Shown here: in pieces, positions 51,260 through 64,000 of the stretch
How the letters are laid out: every line of letters starts with the position of its first letter
Numbering within the stretch: the first letter of the stretch is position 1
Assembly: GCF_009834535.1 (NCBI RefSeq)
Contig: NC_045697.1
Coordinates: 106,394,001 to 106,458,000, forward strand
Direction: 5' to 3'
DNA from: Camelus ferus
Lineage: Eukaryota
Length of the DNA: 64,000 nucleotides
The notes under the pieces: model-generated
Told to the model about the DNA's origin: nothing
Database searches by the model: none
What the model saw: the letters and a program-made list of their open reading frames with translations, nothing else
Made by a program: the position numbers and the translations under genes

Positions 51260-51755
51260 TCCAAAGGCTTTCTGTCTTCGAGTGAAATCCCAAGTCATTT
51301 CTACAATTTGGGCCCTTGCTACCACTGTTCTCACCTCATTTTCCATTTTTGCCATTGCACATTTTCTCTAGCTACAATGGCCTAGAAGTTCATCAAATAT
51401 GACAAAATCACCACCAGCTCAGGGCTTTCAAACCTTCTGCCTGGATAGCTGTTCCCAGGTTTCTGCTTAGCTCATAGCTCACCTTCCTTAGGTACCTAAT
51501 TAAAGATTATTTTGTTGGAGACACCTTTCCTGAAAAAAAAAAAGAATTCCTGCCCCTACTCAACATGTATTGCTGACATCTGACTGCTTTATTTTCTCCA
51601 CAGCACTCACATTTCACCACCTGATATGTTTTTACTTATTTATGCTTATTGTATTTCTCCCTGTACCATAATGTAAAATCCAAGGGCACAGTGACTTTGT
51701 TTTGTTAACTGTTGTTAAACTATATATGTGGAATATTTGTTGAATAAATGAATAT
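51260..51755 (+). mobile_element. L2 3' end
   Basis: CAGCTCAGGGCTTT..CTTCTGCCTGGA..; 3' AATATTTGTTGAATAAATGAAT. Confidence 0.7.
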
Positions 51756-52529
51756 ATGGATATATAAGTTAATGAATTAATTAATCAAAGCAAATTACAA
51801 AGACTGAAGAAATGAAAGAGAAATTAATAGATATGAAGAGTAAATAAAATAATTTAATGTAAAGATAAATGTTATCTAACAAATAGAACAGAAAAAGCAT
51901 TCACAACTTTAATAAATAATAATTTCCCAATTCCTCATGATATAAGTAGAAAAAATATAAGTGTTCTAATCATAGGAATTAATCTAACTTCATATTCTTC
52001 ACAGTAACTGCCAGAAGACAATGGAGCAATAACTAAAATGTTCTAACAGAAAAAGAGTATAATCTTAGGATTTTATATTCATTCAGCTTTTCCTATGAGA
52101 TTCAGGCAACTGACTTTATTAATCTCACAAAATCATAAGAAATGTACTTTCTATGATAGTCTCATGAAAAGTGAAATCCTGCCAATCAAGAAATAGGTAA
52201 AATAAGGGACTCAGAAAGGAAAAGCAAGGATAAATAAACAAAGTTTTAGTTGCCATTGAATCAGTTTAAATACATCTATTTAAAAATTACAGTAATTTAT
52301 TAGAAAATATGATCTGAATATTTTAAACCTTGACAAAGAAAAACAATATAATCAACAAAGTTGAAAGGTTGGTGGAGAGATGGTTAGGAGTAAAAGAATA
52401 ATTATTTCCTCATGATTCACATCAGGGAGAAAATGTATATTATCTCATAAATTGACTCATGTAACTTTTTAATCACTCAAACAACTTAATTTAACCTTCC
52501 TAGTAAGTTTCTAACCATAACCCTTATAG

Positions 52530-52718
52530 GAATTTATTTTGCAAATTTTTTGTAGATTGTCATAAAGTAAATATTTAGGCTTTGTGGGCCACATACAGTC
52601 TCTGTTATATTTGTATTTGTTTCTTTTACAACCCTTCAGAAATGTAAAAACCAACCTTAGATCCCAAGCTTCACAAAACCAGGCCATGACTGAATTTGTA
52701 TTTTGTTGATTCCTAGCT
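52530..52718 (+). mobile_element. MER58C-like hAT MITE
   Basis: AGTAAATATTTAGGCTTTGTGGGCCACATACAGTCTCTGT..TACAACCCTTCAGAAATGTAAAAACCA. Confidence 0.75.
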
Positions 52719-52879
52719 AAAAGTAAAGTAACAACTGAGCTAAAATTCTGTTGTTTCATTTTCACTCTAGAATCCTATGATTCTGTTAAATTTAAGTAAA
52801 ACTAATCATGATATTTTATATTTAGAAATTTTATGATAATGTATAGGACCTCCAATTTTGGCCAAGATGTACCCAACTG

Positions 52880-55800
52880 CTATGATTCACAATGTTTGAC
52901 ATCCAATCAAAAATGATAAAGCATGCAAATAACCAGCCAATATGACCCACAATGAGAAAAAAGAAAACCAAACAAACCCAGAAATTACATACAAGATAAA
53001 ATTTGCAGATGAGAATATTAGGATTACTACTGTATTCCACATGTTCAAATAGCTAGAGGAAAGATTGAGCATATTAAGTGAAAATCTGTAAGTTATTTAA
53101 CATTTAAACTCTAGAGATGCAAACCACAATGTCTAAGATAAAAAATACACTAGATGGGATTAACAGAGATAAATATTGTGAGAAGAGAGATTAGTAAACC
53201 TGAAAGTGTAGCAGTAGAAATTATCAAAAGTGAAACACAGAAAGAAAAAAGACTGGGAGAAAAATAAAACATAAGTGAGTTGTGTGAATACTTAAAGTGG
53301 TCTTACAACTTATGGATGTTCTGTTAATCATCTATTTAATTTAACCCTTGAAAAAGAAGGGGAGGACAGAAAAATACCTGAAGATATAATGTCCAAAAAC
53401 TTTCCAAATTTGATGAAAACTATACAACCCCAGATCCAAGAAGCTCAATAAATCCCAAGCTCAAGAAAAATGAACCACAACAAAGTGTTTAAAACCAGTG
53501 ATAAAGAGAAAAATATTAAAGCAACCAAGGAAAAAAAAACGTTTCACACACAGTAACAAAAATACAAACTGAACCAACGAAAACCTAAAAGGAACTGGAG
53601 CCTCATCTTCAAAGTACTGAAAGAAAATAAATATTAACCTAGAATTCTAAACCCAGGAAAAACATGTTTCAAAAACAAAAGTATATATCTAGAATAAATA
53701 AAATCCTGAACACTGATATCAAATTCTGGCAAGAATGGGGAGCAATGGGAATTCTAATACATCACTGGTGGAAACACAAAATGGTACAGCCACTCTGGAA
53801 GACAATTTAGCAATTTCTTATAAAACTAAACATACTCTACAATCAAGTAACCATGCTCCTTGGCATTTACTCAAAGGAGCTGAAATCTTATGTCTATAGA
53901 AAAATGTGCACAAGGATATTTATAGAAGTTTTATTCATCAATTCCTTTAAGAGATAATTATTTAAAGCAAATTTCTTTCCTTTTATTGAACTATAGTTGA
54001 TTTGCAATGTTTCAGGTATACAACAAAGTGACTCAATTATACAAGCATGTATCTATCTATCTATATTCTTTTTCAGAAAATTTTCCATCATAGGTTACTA
54101 GAAGGTATTGAATATAGTTCCCTATGCCATACAGTATGTTCTTGTTGTTTAAAGCAAGATTTAAAGCAAAAGCGCCAAAACTCAGAAGCAATCAACATGT
54201 CCTTCAGTAAATGAATGGGTGCCTTTACCTGTGTGTACATCCCGACAATGGAATATTATTCAGTGCTAAAAAGAAAAAAATCTGTCAGTACATGAAAAGA
54301 CATAAAGGAACCTTAAATGCATATTACTACTATGTGATTCCAACTATATAATATTCTGGAAAAGTCAAAACTGTGGAGATAATAAAAAGATGAGTGGTTA
54401 GGGAATGGGGGTGGGAAGATATGAAGAAGCAGAGCACAGAGAATTTTTAGGGCAGTGAAAATACTCTGTATGACATTATAATAATAAATACATGTCATTA
54501 TACATTTTTCCAAATCCAGAGAGTGTACAATACCAAGAGTGAACTCTAAGATAAACTACGGACTTTGGGTGATTATCAGGTGTCAGTGTAGGTTCATCCT
54601 AGGTTTAAAAAAAAAAAAGTACCATTTCAGTGAATGATGGTGATAATGTCAGAAGTCTATGCATGTCTGGGTGCAGGAGGTATATGGGAAATCTCTGTCC
54701 CTTCCTCTTAATTTTACTGTAAACCTAAAACTTCTCTCACAAAAAATAAAGCCTTTAAAAAAAAAGATATGACTTACTAATGGCCAATAAGCACAGCAAA
54801 ATATGATCAACACCATTAGTCATAGGGTAATGCATATCAAAACTATAATGAGATACCACTTCACACACACTAGAATGGTGAACAATCAAAAAGGCAGACA
54901 ATATCAAGTGTTGACAAGGATCTGAAGAAATAGGAACACTTACATACTGCAATGGAAATGAAAAATAGTGTATACCCACTTTGGAAAATAGTTTATAATT
55001 TCTGAAAATGTTAAATATAGAATAACCATATGACCCAGCAATTCAACTCTGAGGTATCTATCCAGGAGAAATGAAAACATGTTCACACAAAGACTTATGT
55101 GTAAATGTTCATGACAGAATTATTCACACTACTCAAAAAGTGGAAACAATCCAAATGTTTTATCATCTGATGAATGGATTTAAAAAATGTGTTTATACCC
55201 ATACAATGGAATTCTATTTGTAGATAAAAAGGAACGAAGTACCAATATTTGACACAATATGGAAGAATGTCAAAAAACACAATGCTTAGTCAAAGAAGCA
55301 AGACACAAATGAACACATATTATATGATTCCAGCTATTGAAATGCCCACAAAAAGCAAAACTAGACTGACAGAAAGTAGATTAGTGATAGCACATAACTG
55401 GGGGCAAGAATGAGGAGTGACTACAAATGGCATGAGATTTCTTTCTGGGTTAAAGGAAAGGTTCTAAATGTAAATAGTGAGGATGGTTGCACAACTCTGT
55501 AAATATACTAAAAAATCATTGAATTCTATATTTAAAATTAATTAAATTTATGGTATATTAATTGAAACTTACTAAATCAGTTTAAAAAATACAAAAGTGA
55601 AATAAAGACCTTTTCAGACATATAAACACAGAAATAATTTATCACCAGAAAGTCTGCACTATAATAAATGTTAAAGTAAGGCCATCAGGCACCTGGGAAA
55701 TGATAATACATAGAAATCTGGACCCAAATAAAGGAATAAAGAGCACAAAAAATGGTAAATGTGTGGTTAAATGTAAAAGACTGTTTAATCATTACTTAAA

Positions 55801-56340
55801 TCCCTTTAAAAGATAATTATTTAAAACAAAAATAACAATATATTGTGGCATATATAACATAATTAAAATTTATGGCAAGAGCACAAAGTCCATGAGAAGA
55901 TAAGTGTAAGAAAATTTGTAAGTTATCTATTTTATTCATTAAGTAGTATAATGTCATTTAAAGGTAGAACGTGTTACGGTAAAGGTTAAACTGAAAGCAA
56001 TCATTACAATAATGCAACAAAGAATTATAGCTGATAAACCAATAAAGGAGTAAAATGGAATAAAAAACAATTAATCCAAAACACTTTGTTGTAGAAACAA
56101 AGGAAAAAAAGAACAAAAATAGATGGAAAAAATAGAAAACCAAGAGAAAATAGCTTTAAATTTATCATATCAATAATAACATTAACTGTAAATGGAAAAA
56201 ATACCCCCAATTTAAGGGCAGAGATTGACTGTCTTATTGAATGAAAAGCAAGATCAACTATATGCTATATACATGAAATCCATTTAAAATATAAAGAGAT
56301 TAGAAGGAAGAGAATGGGAAAAGTATGCTATGCTAACACT
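52880..56340 (+). mobile_element. Old L1 ORF1/ORF2-start host carrying nested L1MC (about 53700-54760) and L1MB (about 54770-55590) 3' ends
   Basis: Host ORF1 is broken at TTCAAAAACAAAAGT (53682) and resumes at ACAAAAGTGAAATAAAGAC (55591). L1MC 3' UTR GTATATGGGAAATCTCTGT; L1MB 3' UTR GATGGTTGCACAACTCTGTAAATATACTAAAA. Confidence 0.8.
53971..54147 (-). mobile_element. Short cetartiodactyl-type L1 3' end
   Basis: TTTTATTGAACTATAGTTGATTTGCAATGTTTCAGGTATACAACAAAGTGA..ATTGAATATAGTTCCCT. TSD TTTAAAGCAA (53961 / 54148). Confidence 0.85.
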
Positions 56341-56344
56341 ATTC

Positions 56345-59300
56345 AATTTTATAGACCAGGAGGGAGTTGCATGACATATTCAAAGTGTTGAAAGAAAAAA
56401 ATTCCCAACCAAAAATTCTCTGCCCAGCAAGTTTATCATTTAGAATTGAAGGAGAGATCAAGAGTTTTCCAGATAAGCAAAAGCTAAAGAAGTTCCTCCT
56501 CACTACACCATCCTTACAAGAAATGTAAAGGGATTTCTTTAAGCTGCAAAATGGCACTAGTTAAAATTAAAAATCATACAAAACTAACACTCTCACTGGA
56601 AAAATAAATATATAATAAAGGTAGTAGATCAATCACTTATAAAGTAAGCATGAACAATAAAGTCAAAACTAATAAAATTAACTAAAATTGCCATAATTAG
56701 TTAAGGGCTGCACAAAATAAAGATGTAAAATGTGTCATCAAAAGTGTAAAGTGTAGGGTAGGAGAGATAAAGCTTTGTAATGTTCTCAAACTTAAGTTGT
56801 TACCAAATTAAAATAGACTGCTATTTACAAATGTGAACTTCATGGTAACCAGAAAGAAAAAAACCTCAGAGTAAATACACAAAAGAAACTGAGAAGGAAA
56901 CTAATCATAATACTAAATACATAATACTAAATACTAAAGAAAACCAACAAAACACAAAGGAAAGGGAAAGCGAAGAAAGGAACAAAGAGGACCTACAAAA
57001 CAGCCAGAAAACAATTAACACAATAGCAATAAGTACATACCTATCAACAATTTCTCTAAATGTAATTGGACTAAATTCACTAACCAAAGACTAGATAAAT
57101 GGATGTGGCTGAATGGGTTTTAAAAAAAGAAAAAGAAAGACCCACCTAAATGCTACCTACAAGAGACTCACTTCAGAAGAAAGGACATGCACAAATTGAA
57201 AGTGAAGGAATGGAAAAAGATTATCTATGAAGGAGGCGGGGGGGAGCTAGAGTAGCTATATTCATTTCAGATAAAATAAACTTTAAAACAAAGACTGTAA
57301 TAAAAGACAAAGAAAGAAAGGCATTAGAGAATGATAAATGGGTTAATCCAGCAAGAAGATGTAACATGTAGAAATATATATGCACCCAAGAGAGAAGCAC
57401 CAAGATATATAAAGCAAATATTAATGGTCTTAAAGTGAGAAACTGAAAGCAATACAATACTAGTTAGGTACTTTAATTCCCAATTTACATCAATGTACAG
57501 ACTATCCAGATGGAAAGTCAATAAGGAAATATTAGATTTAAATGACACATTAGATCAGATGAATTTAACAGATATATACAAGATTTTCCATCCAAAAGCA
57601 GCAGAATACACATTCGTTTCAAGAGCACATGGAACTGACTCCAAAATAGATTACTTGCTAGGTCAGGAAACAAGTCTCAATAAATTTAAGAAGACTGAAA
57701 TCATACCAAGCATCTTCTCCAATCACAATGGCATGAAACTAGAAATCAAACACAAGGAAAAAAAAAACAACAGAAAAACCCACAAAAAGTGGAGATTAAA
57801 TAGCATGCTACTGAATAACAAATGAGTCATAGAAGAAATCGAAGAAGAAATCAAAAAATGCCTAAGAACAAATGAAAACAGAAACACAATATATCAAAAT
57901 CTATGGGATGCAGCGAAAGCAGTTCTAAAAGGATAGTTCATAATAATATAAGCTTATCACAATAAACAAGAAAAAAAAAAAAACAAATGAACAATGTACA
58001 CCCAAAGAAACTAAAATAAGATAAAATAAACCACAAATTAGCAGGAAGGAAATGATAAATATCAGAAGAAATAAATAACAACTAAAAACAGAAAATATCA
58101 AAATATCTAAGAGCTGGTTCTTTGAAAAGATAAAAATCAACAAACCTTTAGCTAGACTAATCCAAAAAAGAGAGAGAGAGAGAGGATTCAACTAAACAAA
58201 ATCAGAAATGAAAGAGAAGTTAGAACTGATACCACAGAAATACGAAGGGTCAAAGATACTACTACAAACAAATATATGCCAACAGATTGAACAACCTATA
58301 CTAGAAACATACAATCTTCCAAAACTGAATCAAGAAGAAATAAAAAATTTGAAAGACCAATTAACAATAAGGATATCAAAATGTTCCCCCTCAAAAAAAA
58401 AAAAAAAAAGCCAAGAGCCAGATGGCTTCATTGGCAAATTCTACAAAACATTAAAATATGATTTAATACCTATCCTTCTCAAAATCTTCCAAAAATTGAA
58501 GAGGCAAGAAACCTTCCAAACACATTTTACAAAACCAGCATTATCCAAATACCAAAAACAGACAAAGATATCACAAAAAAAAAAAAAGTAAATTACAGGC
58601 CGATATCCTTGAGGAACATAGATGTAAAAATCCTTAACAAAATATTAACAAAATAAATCCAACAATATATTGGGATTTACCCCAGGGATGTGAGAATGGT
58701 TCAATATCCATAAATCAATCAATGTGATACAACATATTAACACAATAAAGAATAAAAATCATATGATCATCTCAACAGATACAGAAAAGCATCTGACAAA
58801 ATTCAACATACATTTATGATAAAAACTCTCAACAAGGTGGGTATAGAGGGAACATACCTTAACATAGAAAAGGCTATATATTGCAAACCCACAGCTAACA
58901 TCATACTAAGCTGCAAAAAGCTGAACACTTTTCCTTTAAGATCAGAGACAAGATAAGGATGCCCAGTCTCACCACTTTTATTCAATATAGTATTGGAGGT
59001 ACTAACCACAGCAATTAGGCAAGGAAAAGAAATAAAAGGCATCCAAATCAGAAAGATGGAAAACTAGCACTACTTGCAGATGACACGATACCCTAAAGAC
59101 TCTACAAAAAAACTGTCAGAACTAATTAATGAATTCAGTCAAATCACAGGATACAAAACAATATACAGAAATCTGTGGCATTTCTATACACTGAAAACAA
59201 AGTAACAGAAAGAGAAATTAAGAAAACAATCTCATTTACAATTGCATCAAACAGAACAAAATACCTAGGAATAAAGTTAACCAAGTAGATAAAAGACCTG

Positions 59301-60990
59301 TACATTAATAACTATAAGAAACTAATGAAAGGAATTGAAGAAGACACAGATAAATGGAAAGATATTCCATGTTCATAGACTGGAAGCATTAACATTGTTA
59401 AAATGACCATAATACCCAAAGCAATCTAAGATTCAATGTAATTTCTAACAAATTTCCAGTGGCATATTTCACAGACCTAGAACAAATAATTCTAAAACTT
59501 ATATGGAAATATAAAAAATCCCGAACAGCCAAAACAATCTTGAGAAAGAACAAAAAAGCTGGGTATATCATGTGCCCTGATTTCAAACTATACTACAAAG
59601 CTACAGTAATCCAAACAGTATGGTACTGGCACCAAAAAAAGACACACAGATCAATGGAACAGAACTGACAGCCCAGAAATAAACTCACAGATATATGGAT
59701 AATCAGTTTATGACAAAAGAGCAAAGAACATACATGAAGAAGAATAGTCTTTTCAATAAATGGTGTTGGGAAAACTGGATAGCCACATGCAAAAGAATGA
59801 AACTAGACCTTTATCTTATACCATACACAAAATTAACTCAAGTCAGACTGGAATGTAAGACCTAAAACCATAAAATTCCTAGAAGAAAACAGGTGGTAAC
59901 CTCATTGACATTGGTCTTAGTGATGTCTTTGTAGATCTGACTCCAAATACAAGGGAAACAAAAGCAAAAATAAACAAATGGGACTATATCAAACTAAACA
60001 GCTTCAGCACAGCAAAGGAAACCATCATAAAAAAGAAAAGACAACCAGCTGAATGGGAGAAGATGTTTGCAAATCATATATCCAATAAGGGGTTAATATC
60101 CAAAATATATAAAAACTCATACAACTCAACAACAATAAAACAAACAACCCAACTAAAAATGAGCAGAGGATCTGAACATTTTTCCAAAGAAGACATACAG
60201 ATAGCCAAAAGGAACATGAAAAGATGTTCAACATCACTAATTATTAAGGAAATGCAATTCAAAACCACAATGTGGTATCACTTCATACCTTTAGAATGAC
60301 TATCTTTGAAAAGACAAAAAAATGTTGGTGACAATGTGGAGGGAAAAAACCCTCATACACTGTTGGTGAGATTGTAAATTGGTACAGCCACTATGGAAAA
60401 CAGTATGGAGGAGCCTTAAAAAATTAATACTAGAACCACCATATGACCCAGCTATTCCACTTTAGGTATTTATTCAAAAACCACAAAAACACTAATTTGA
60501 AAAAAAAAATGCACCTTTATGTTTATTGCACCACTATTTACAATAGCTAAGATATGGAAACAACCTAAGTGTCCATCAATGAATAAATATATAAAGAATG
60601 TGTGTTATATATACACAATGGAATATTACTCAGCCATAGAAAGGAGTGAAATCCTATCATTTGTGACAACATAGATGGACTCTGAAAGTATTGTGCTAAG
60701 TAAAATAAGTCAAACAGAGAAAAACAAATACTGTATGTTTCCTTTGAATGTATAATCTAAAGAAGCAAAATAGACAACAAAAAAAATAAAATAGAAAACA
60801 AACTCATCAATACAGAGATCAGATTAGTGGTTACCAGAGAAGCAAGGGGTTGGGGCTGGATGAAATGCATCAAGGAGTTCAACTATGGTGACGGATGGTA
60901 ACTAGACTTGTGGTTATCACTTTGTGATGTATATAGATGTCAAACTATAATGCCATACACCTGAAATTTATATAATGAATTTTTTTAAAT
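56345..60990 (+). mobile_element. About 4.6-kb 5'-truncated, disrupted L1 (ORF1 end, ORF2 EN-RT-Cys, 3' UTR)
   Basis: ORF2 start region at about 57023 (ATAGCAATAAGTACATACCTATCA..AATGTAATTGGACTAAAT). Track ORFs 57493..57825, 58208..58591, 59459..59668 and 60063..60299 are L1 ORF2p fragments separated by stops and frameshifts. Confidence 0.95.
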
Positions 60991-61079
60991 AAAGCATTTG
61001 CATTTGCAGCCTGGCCTCTTATATAAGGCCAGCATTTTAATTTTTTTAGTATTAAGAACAGTAAGATAAATGATAGCAG

Positions 61080-61430
61080 CCAAACAGAAACAACAAAAAC
61101 TTAATATTTAATAATGCTCAAATAATGAAATTACTTGTAAGCAAAAAAAAGAGAGAAGATACAACTGATCATTATCAGGATTGAAGGAGGTGATATCAGT
61201 AAAGTTTCTACAGAAATTTAAAGAATAATAAGATAATATTAATAAAACTTTATGTCAATAAATAAGGCAATTTAGTTGAAATGGATAAATTCCTTGAAAG
61301 ACACAAACTACTAAAGCTCATTCAAGAAAAAAATAGTAAATGAATGGCAAAGAAGTCTATTAAATAAGTCAGATTTGTAGTTTAAAATCTCCCCAAAACA
61401 AAACTCCTGGTCCAAATGGCTTCACTGGTA
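61080..61430 (+). mobile_element. Further old L1 ORF2 fragment
   Basis: GAAATGGATAAATTCCTTGAAAGACACAAACTA..AAAACTCCTGGTCCAAATGGCTTCACTGGT. Confidence 0.75.
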
Positions 61431-63589
61431 GGGTGTGTGAATACCAGAGGGCCAGGATAAATGGGGACCATCCTAGAGGCTGTCTGTCAGAAATGGTATA
61501 TATATATGATCCCATTTTAATAAAATTATTTTCATCTGAGAATCTGCCACTCACTTGATCTGGCTATCCATCTATCTGTAATGTAGAGAATGTTCATTTA
61601 ATAATTGAGGCTATTTCTGAGTGGAAATTTGGAGCAGTTTTCAGCTTTCTTCTTTGTAACTTTAGATACAATGGGTCTGTATCATTTTTTTGTAAAACAT
61701 CCTGTTAGAATAATCATATCACTAATCTTTTACAAAATAATACTGAAGACCCAAGTCAGTATAATGTCATGGAGTCAATGAACAAAAGTATTTCAAGAAA
61801 GAATATGCGATCAACAGTGATAGATTCAACAGAAAGTTTAAAAAGCAAGAAAGCTGAGAACAGGTCATTTGGTTTAGTAATTCGGTGCAGCTTTTACAAA
61901 TTGGAGATAAAGAAGCAAGATTACAGGGTGTTAAGCAGTGAGTGGTGAGGCAGTGGAAAAAGTGGTTTAAAACCATTTTTTTGAGAAATTAGGCTCTGAA
62001 AGGATGGTATCTATACCACAGTGTAGCTGTGGGAGGAATTGGAAAATTGCTACAATCCTACTCTTAAACAAAAAAATAACTGGGACCCCTATGGAAAGTC
62101 ATCTAATCAGTTCATGTAAGTGTCAGAAAATATCAATGGAAAGAGTAATATCAGACAACATCCACCAAAGGATAGAATGAATTTCTGCCCCTATGTAGGG
62201 GGCTGGAGACAATATCAGACAGAAGACAATTTTAGCTTCAAGTAGGATTACACTTGTCCTGAAAGTAAGTAGTTTTTTTTCTTTTTTTCCCATACAAAGT
62301 AAAACTGCTACAAAGGACAAGAAAAAAGACATCTTAAAAGCAGTCAATTAAATGTAGAGAACAACATGATCAAATTAGCTTTACTATATCATTAAGATTG
62401 TATATTCTTTACAAGAGTGCTTTACATACATTACCCAAATAACTAAAATATGCCTTTCAAAATCTATTTATAGAATTTCAAATAGTCCTTTAAATATGTT
62501 ACTGTCGATGCAATGGAAATCACATAACCCACCACATCGTTAAGCGTGATTATCCTCTGGTTTCACTTCTTTTGGAGCAGGGAGGTTCACTTTTAAACCA
62601 GGAAATCAGTAAGCTGATTTCAGCAAATATAAAAAATTCTCAGGTGTATCATATTAAAATTCATGTCCTATAGACATTTTTAAGATGACTTTTAAATTGC
62701 CAAGCTATATTTAGATTCCTTTAAAAAAAAAAAAAGCTCCTGAATGATAATTTTATATTATTTATCAATAAAATATCCACTGTCATCTTATCATTTATCT
62801 ACTTGACTAAATCAGAATTTACCAACTGCATTTTCCCTAAGGAAACTTTTCAATGTAACCAAAAGTTGGAGCTGAATTGAAAAAAGGCAGATGATTCCAA
62901 TGGTTCCATGTTTTCTGTCTACTTAGTTTTTCTGCTGGAAACTGAATAAAGAGAAACAAATGAATCCTTTGAGTTTTCTTATTATATTTCATATTTTTCA
63001 CTGACAAACCTTGCATGTAGTCCTTGGGTGCTTAGCTCTAAACTGACATATGTCCTCAGCATATTTATCTGGGTTCATGCCCTTGGTACAGCCAGTTTTA
63101 AAATAAAAGATAACACAAGTATCAGTATCTACATTTCTTCATTAAAAAGCTGGCTATAGTGATTAGCATTTTAGTCAGTAGATCATAATACATGGTTTTT
63201 TGGTAACTGATTCTTCTCAGGCAAGTATCTGCTCAAATTTCCCAATCCTGTGTCACAGAAAAGGACAAGAATTCAGATCAAGAGATAAACATATTAATTA
63301 CATATAAATATTGAAAAGTCCTTTTTCACTAAAAAGCAAATTATGCTACTGTAAAAACCCATGGATTAAAAAAAAAAACCCTCATCAAAACAATAAGGCG
63401 CTTTGTACCAATTATCCCTATGTCACTATGTTACCTCAAATTAACTATACTTACAGAGTGTCATTTTAATCATTTAGAAAATATATTATTTGATATTGAA
63501 ATTTAATTTTTATTTCACCCTCTATCACTGTTTAAATATTCATCATTTACTAATTTTGTATTGCTGCCTTCCATAAACAAAGAAAATTG

Positions 63590-64000
63590 AATCTCTTTCT
63601 GTAGCAAGTTGCAGAGAGTAAAGTAAAACTTGAGCTCAACCAAAGGAGAATGTATATAGGCTTATGCAATTAAAAAGTCCTAAGTACTTCAATTAAAAAA
63701 AATAAAAATAAAAAGTCCAAAATAAAACATTTCAGGACACATCATCATCAGGACTCATTTTTCTCTCTTTTCACCTCTCAGCCCTTATTGATGTTGGCAA
63801 GCTCCCAATATACAATGAAAAGATGGCTTCCAACAGTTCTAGGCTTACATTGTCAGAGCTCAGTGTACTCTGATTGCTTTAGTTCTAGCAAAGGTCTATG
63901 GATAAATCAACATTGGCTCTGAAGGCCCTGGCTATGCCACATGTCTATCTGGGAACAAATCACAATATTCTCATTGGTCAGGAGTGGGTTAGGACCTCCC
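63590..64000 (-). mobile_element. Old MaLR LTR (MLT1K/L-like), running off the window end
   Basis: AAAGATGGCTTCCAACAGTTCTAGGCTTACA..TTCTCATTGGTCAGG motifs. Confidence 0.55.

Noticed and set aside
57493..60299. Cluster of plus-strand ORFs suggesting a reverse transcriptase system
   Set aside because: They are fragments of one L1 ORF2 broken by many stops and frameshifts, with no 5' UTR promoter or intact ORF1. The element is inactive.

Overview
Mammalian genomic DNA: AT-rich, CpG-poor and dominated by interspersed repeats. It is most likely camelid, because it carries three tRNA-derived vic-1-type SINEs plus cetartiodactyl-type L1 3' ends. The only gene I can support is the 5' coding part of IQCM (IQ motif containing M) on the minus strand. 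It has three GT-AG exons at 20049-20082 (start codon; the exon extends to 20131), 12040-12122 and 9983-10250. Spliced, they give one open frame of 385 nt (MAAEAEPDKAESPILEIPKQDFFQEAKTLIAQHYEKINESKVQGTSINVFRNKHQK...EAVDLIVT-G). The gene name rests on my recollection of the human IQCM protein, not on a search. The downstream exons and the promoter/upstream 5' UTR exon(s) were not found and probably lie outside the window, so the rest is probably IQCM intron. That remainder holds L1, L2, CR1, MIR, MaLR/ERVL LTRs, hAT DNA transposons, SINEs and microsatellites. Nearly all other ORFs in the track are repeat-derived or chance. I see no convincing new multi-gene system, CRISPR array or RNA gene. The best second-look items are a candidate frameshifting cassette exon in IQCM, a CpG-retaining zone around the start exon, a possibly decayed exon at about 41 kb, a hierarchical perfect tandem duplication at 50.3 kb, and several unusual L1 micro-insertions or templated insertions. 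Repeat subfamily names and boundaries are by eye and approximate.
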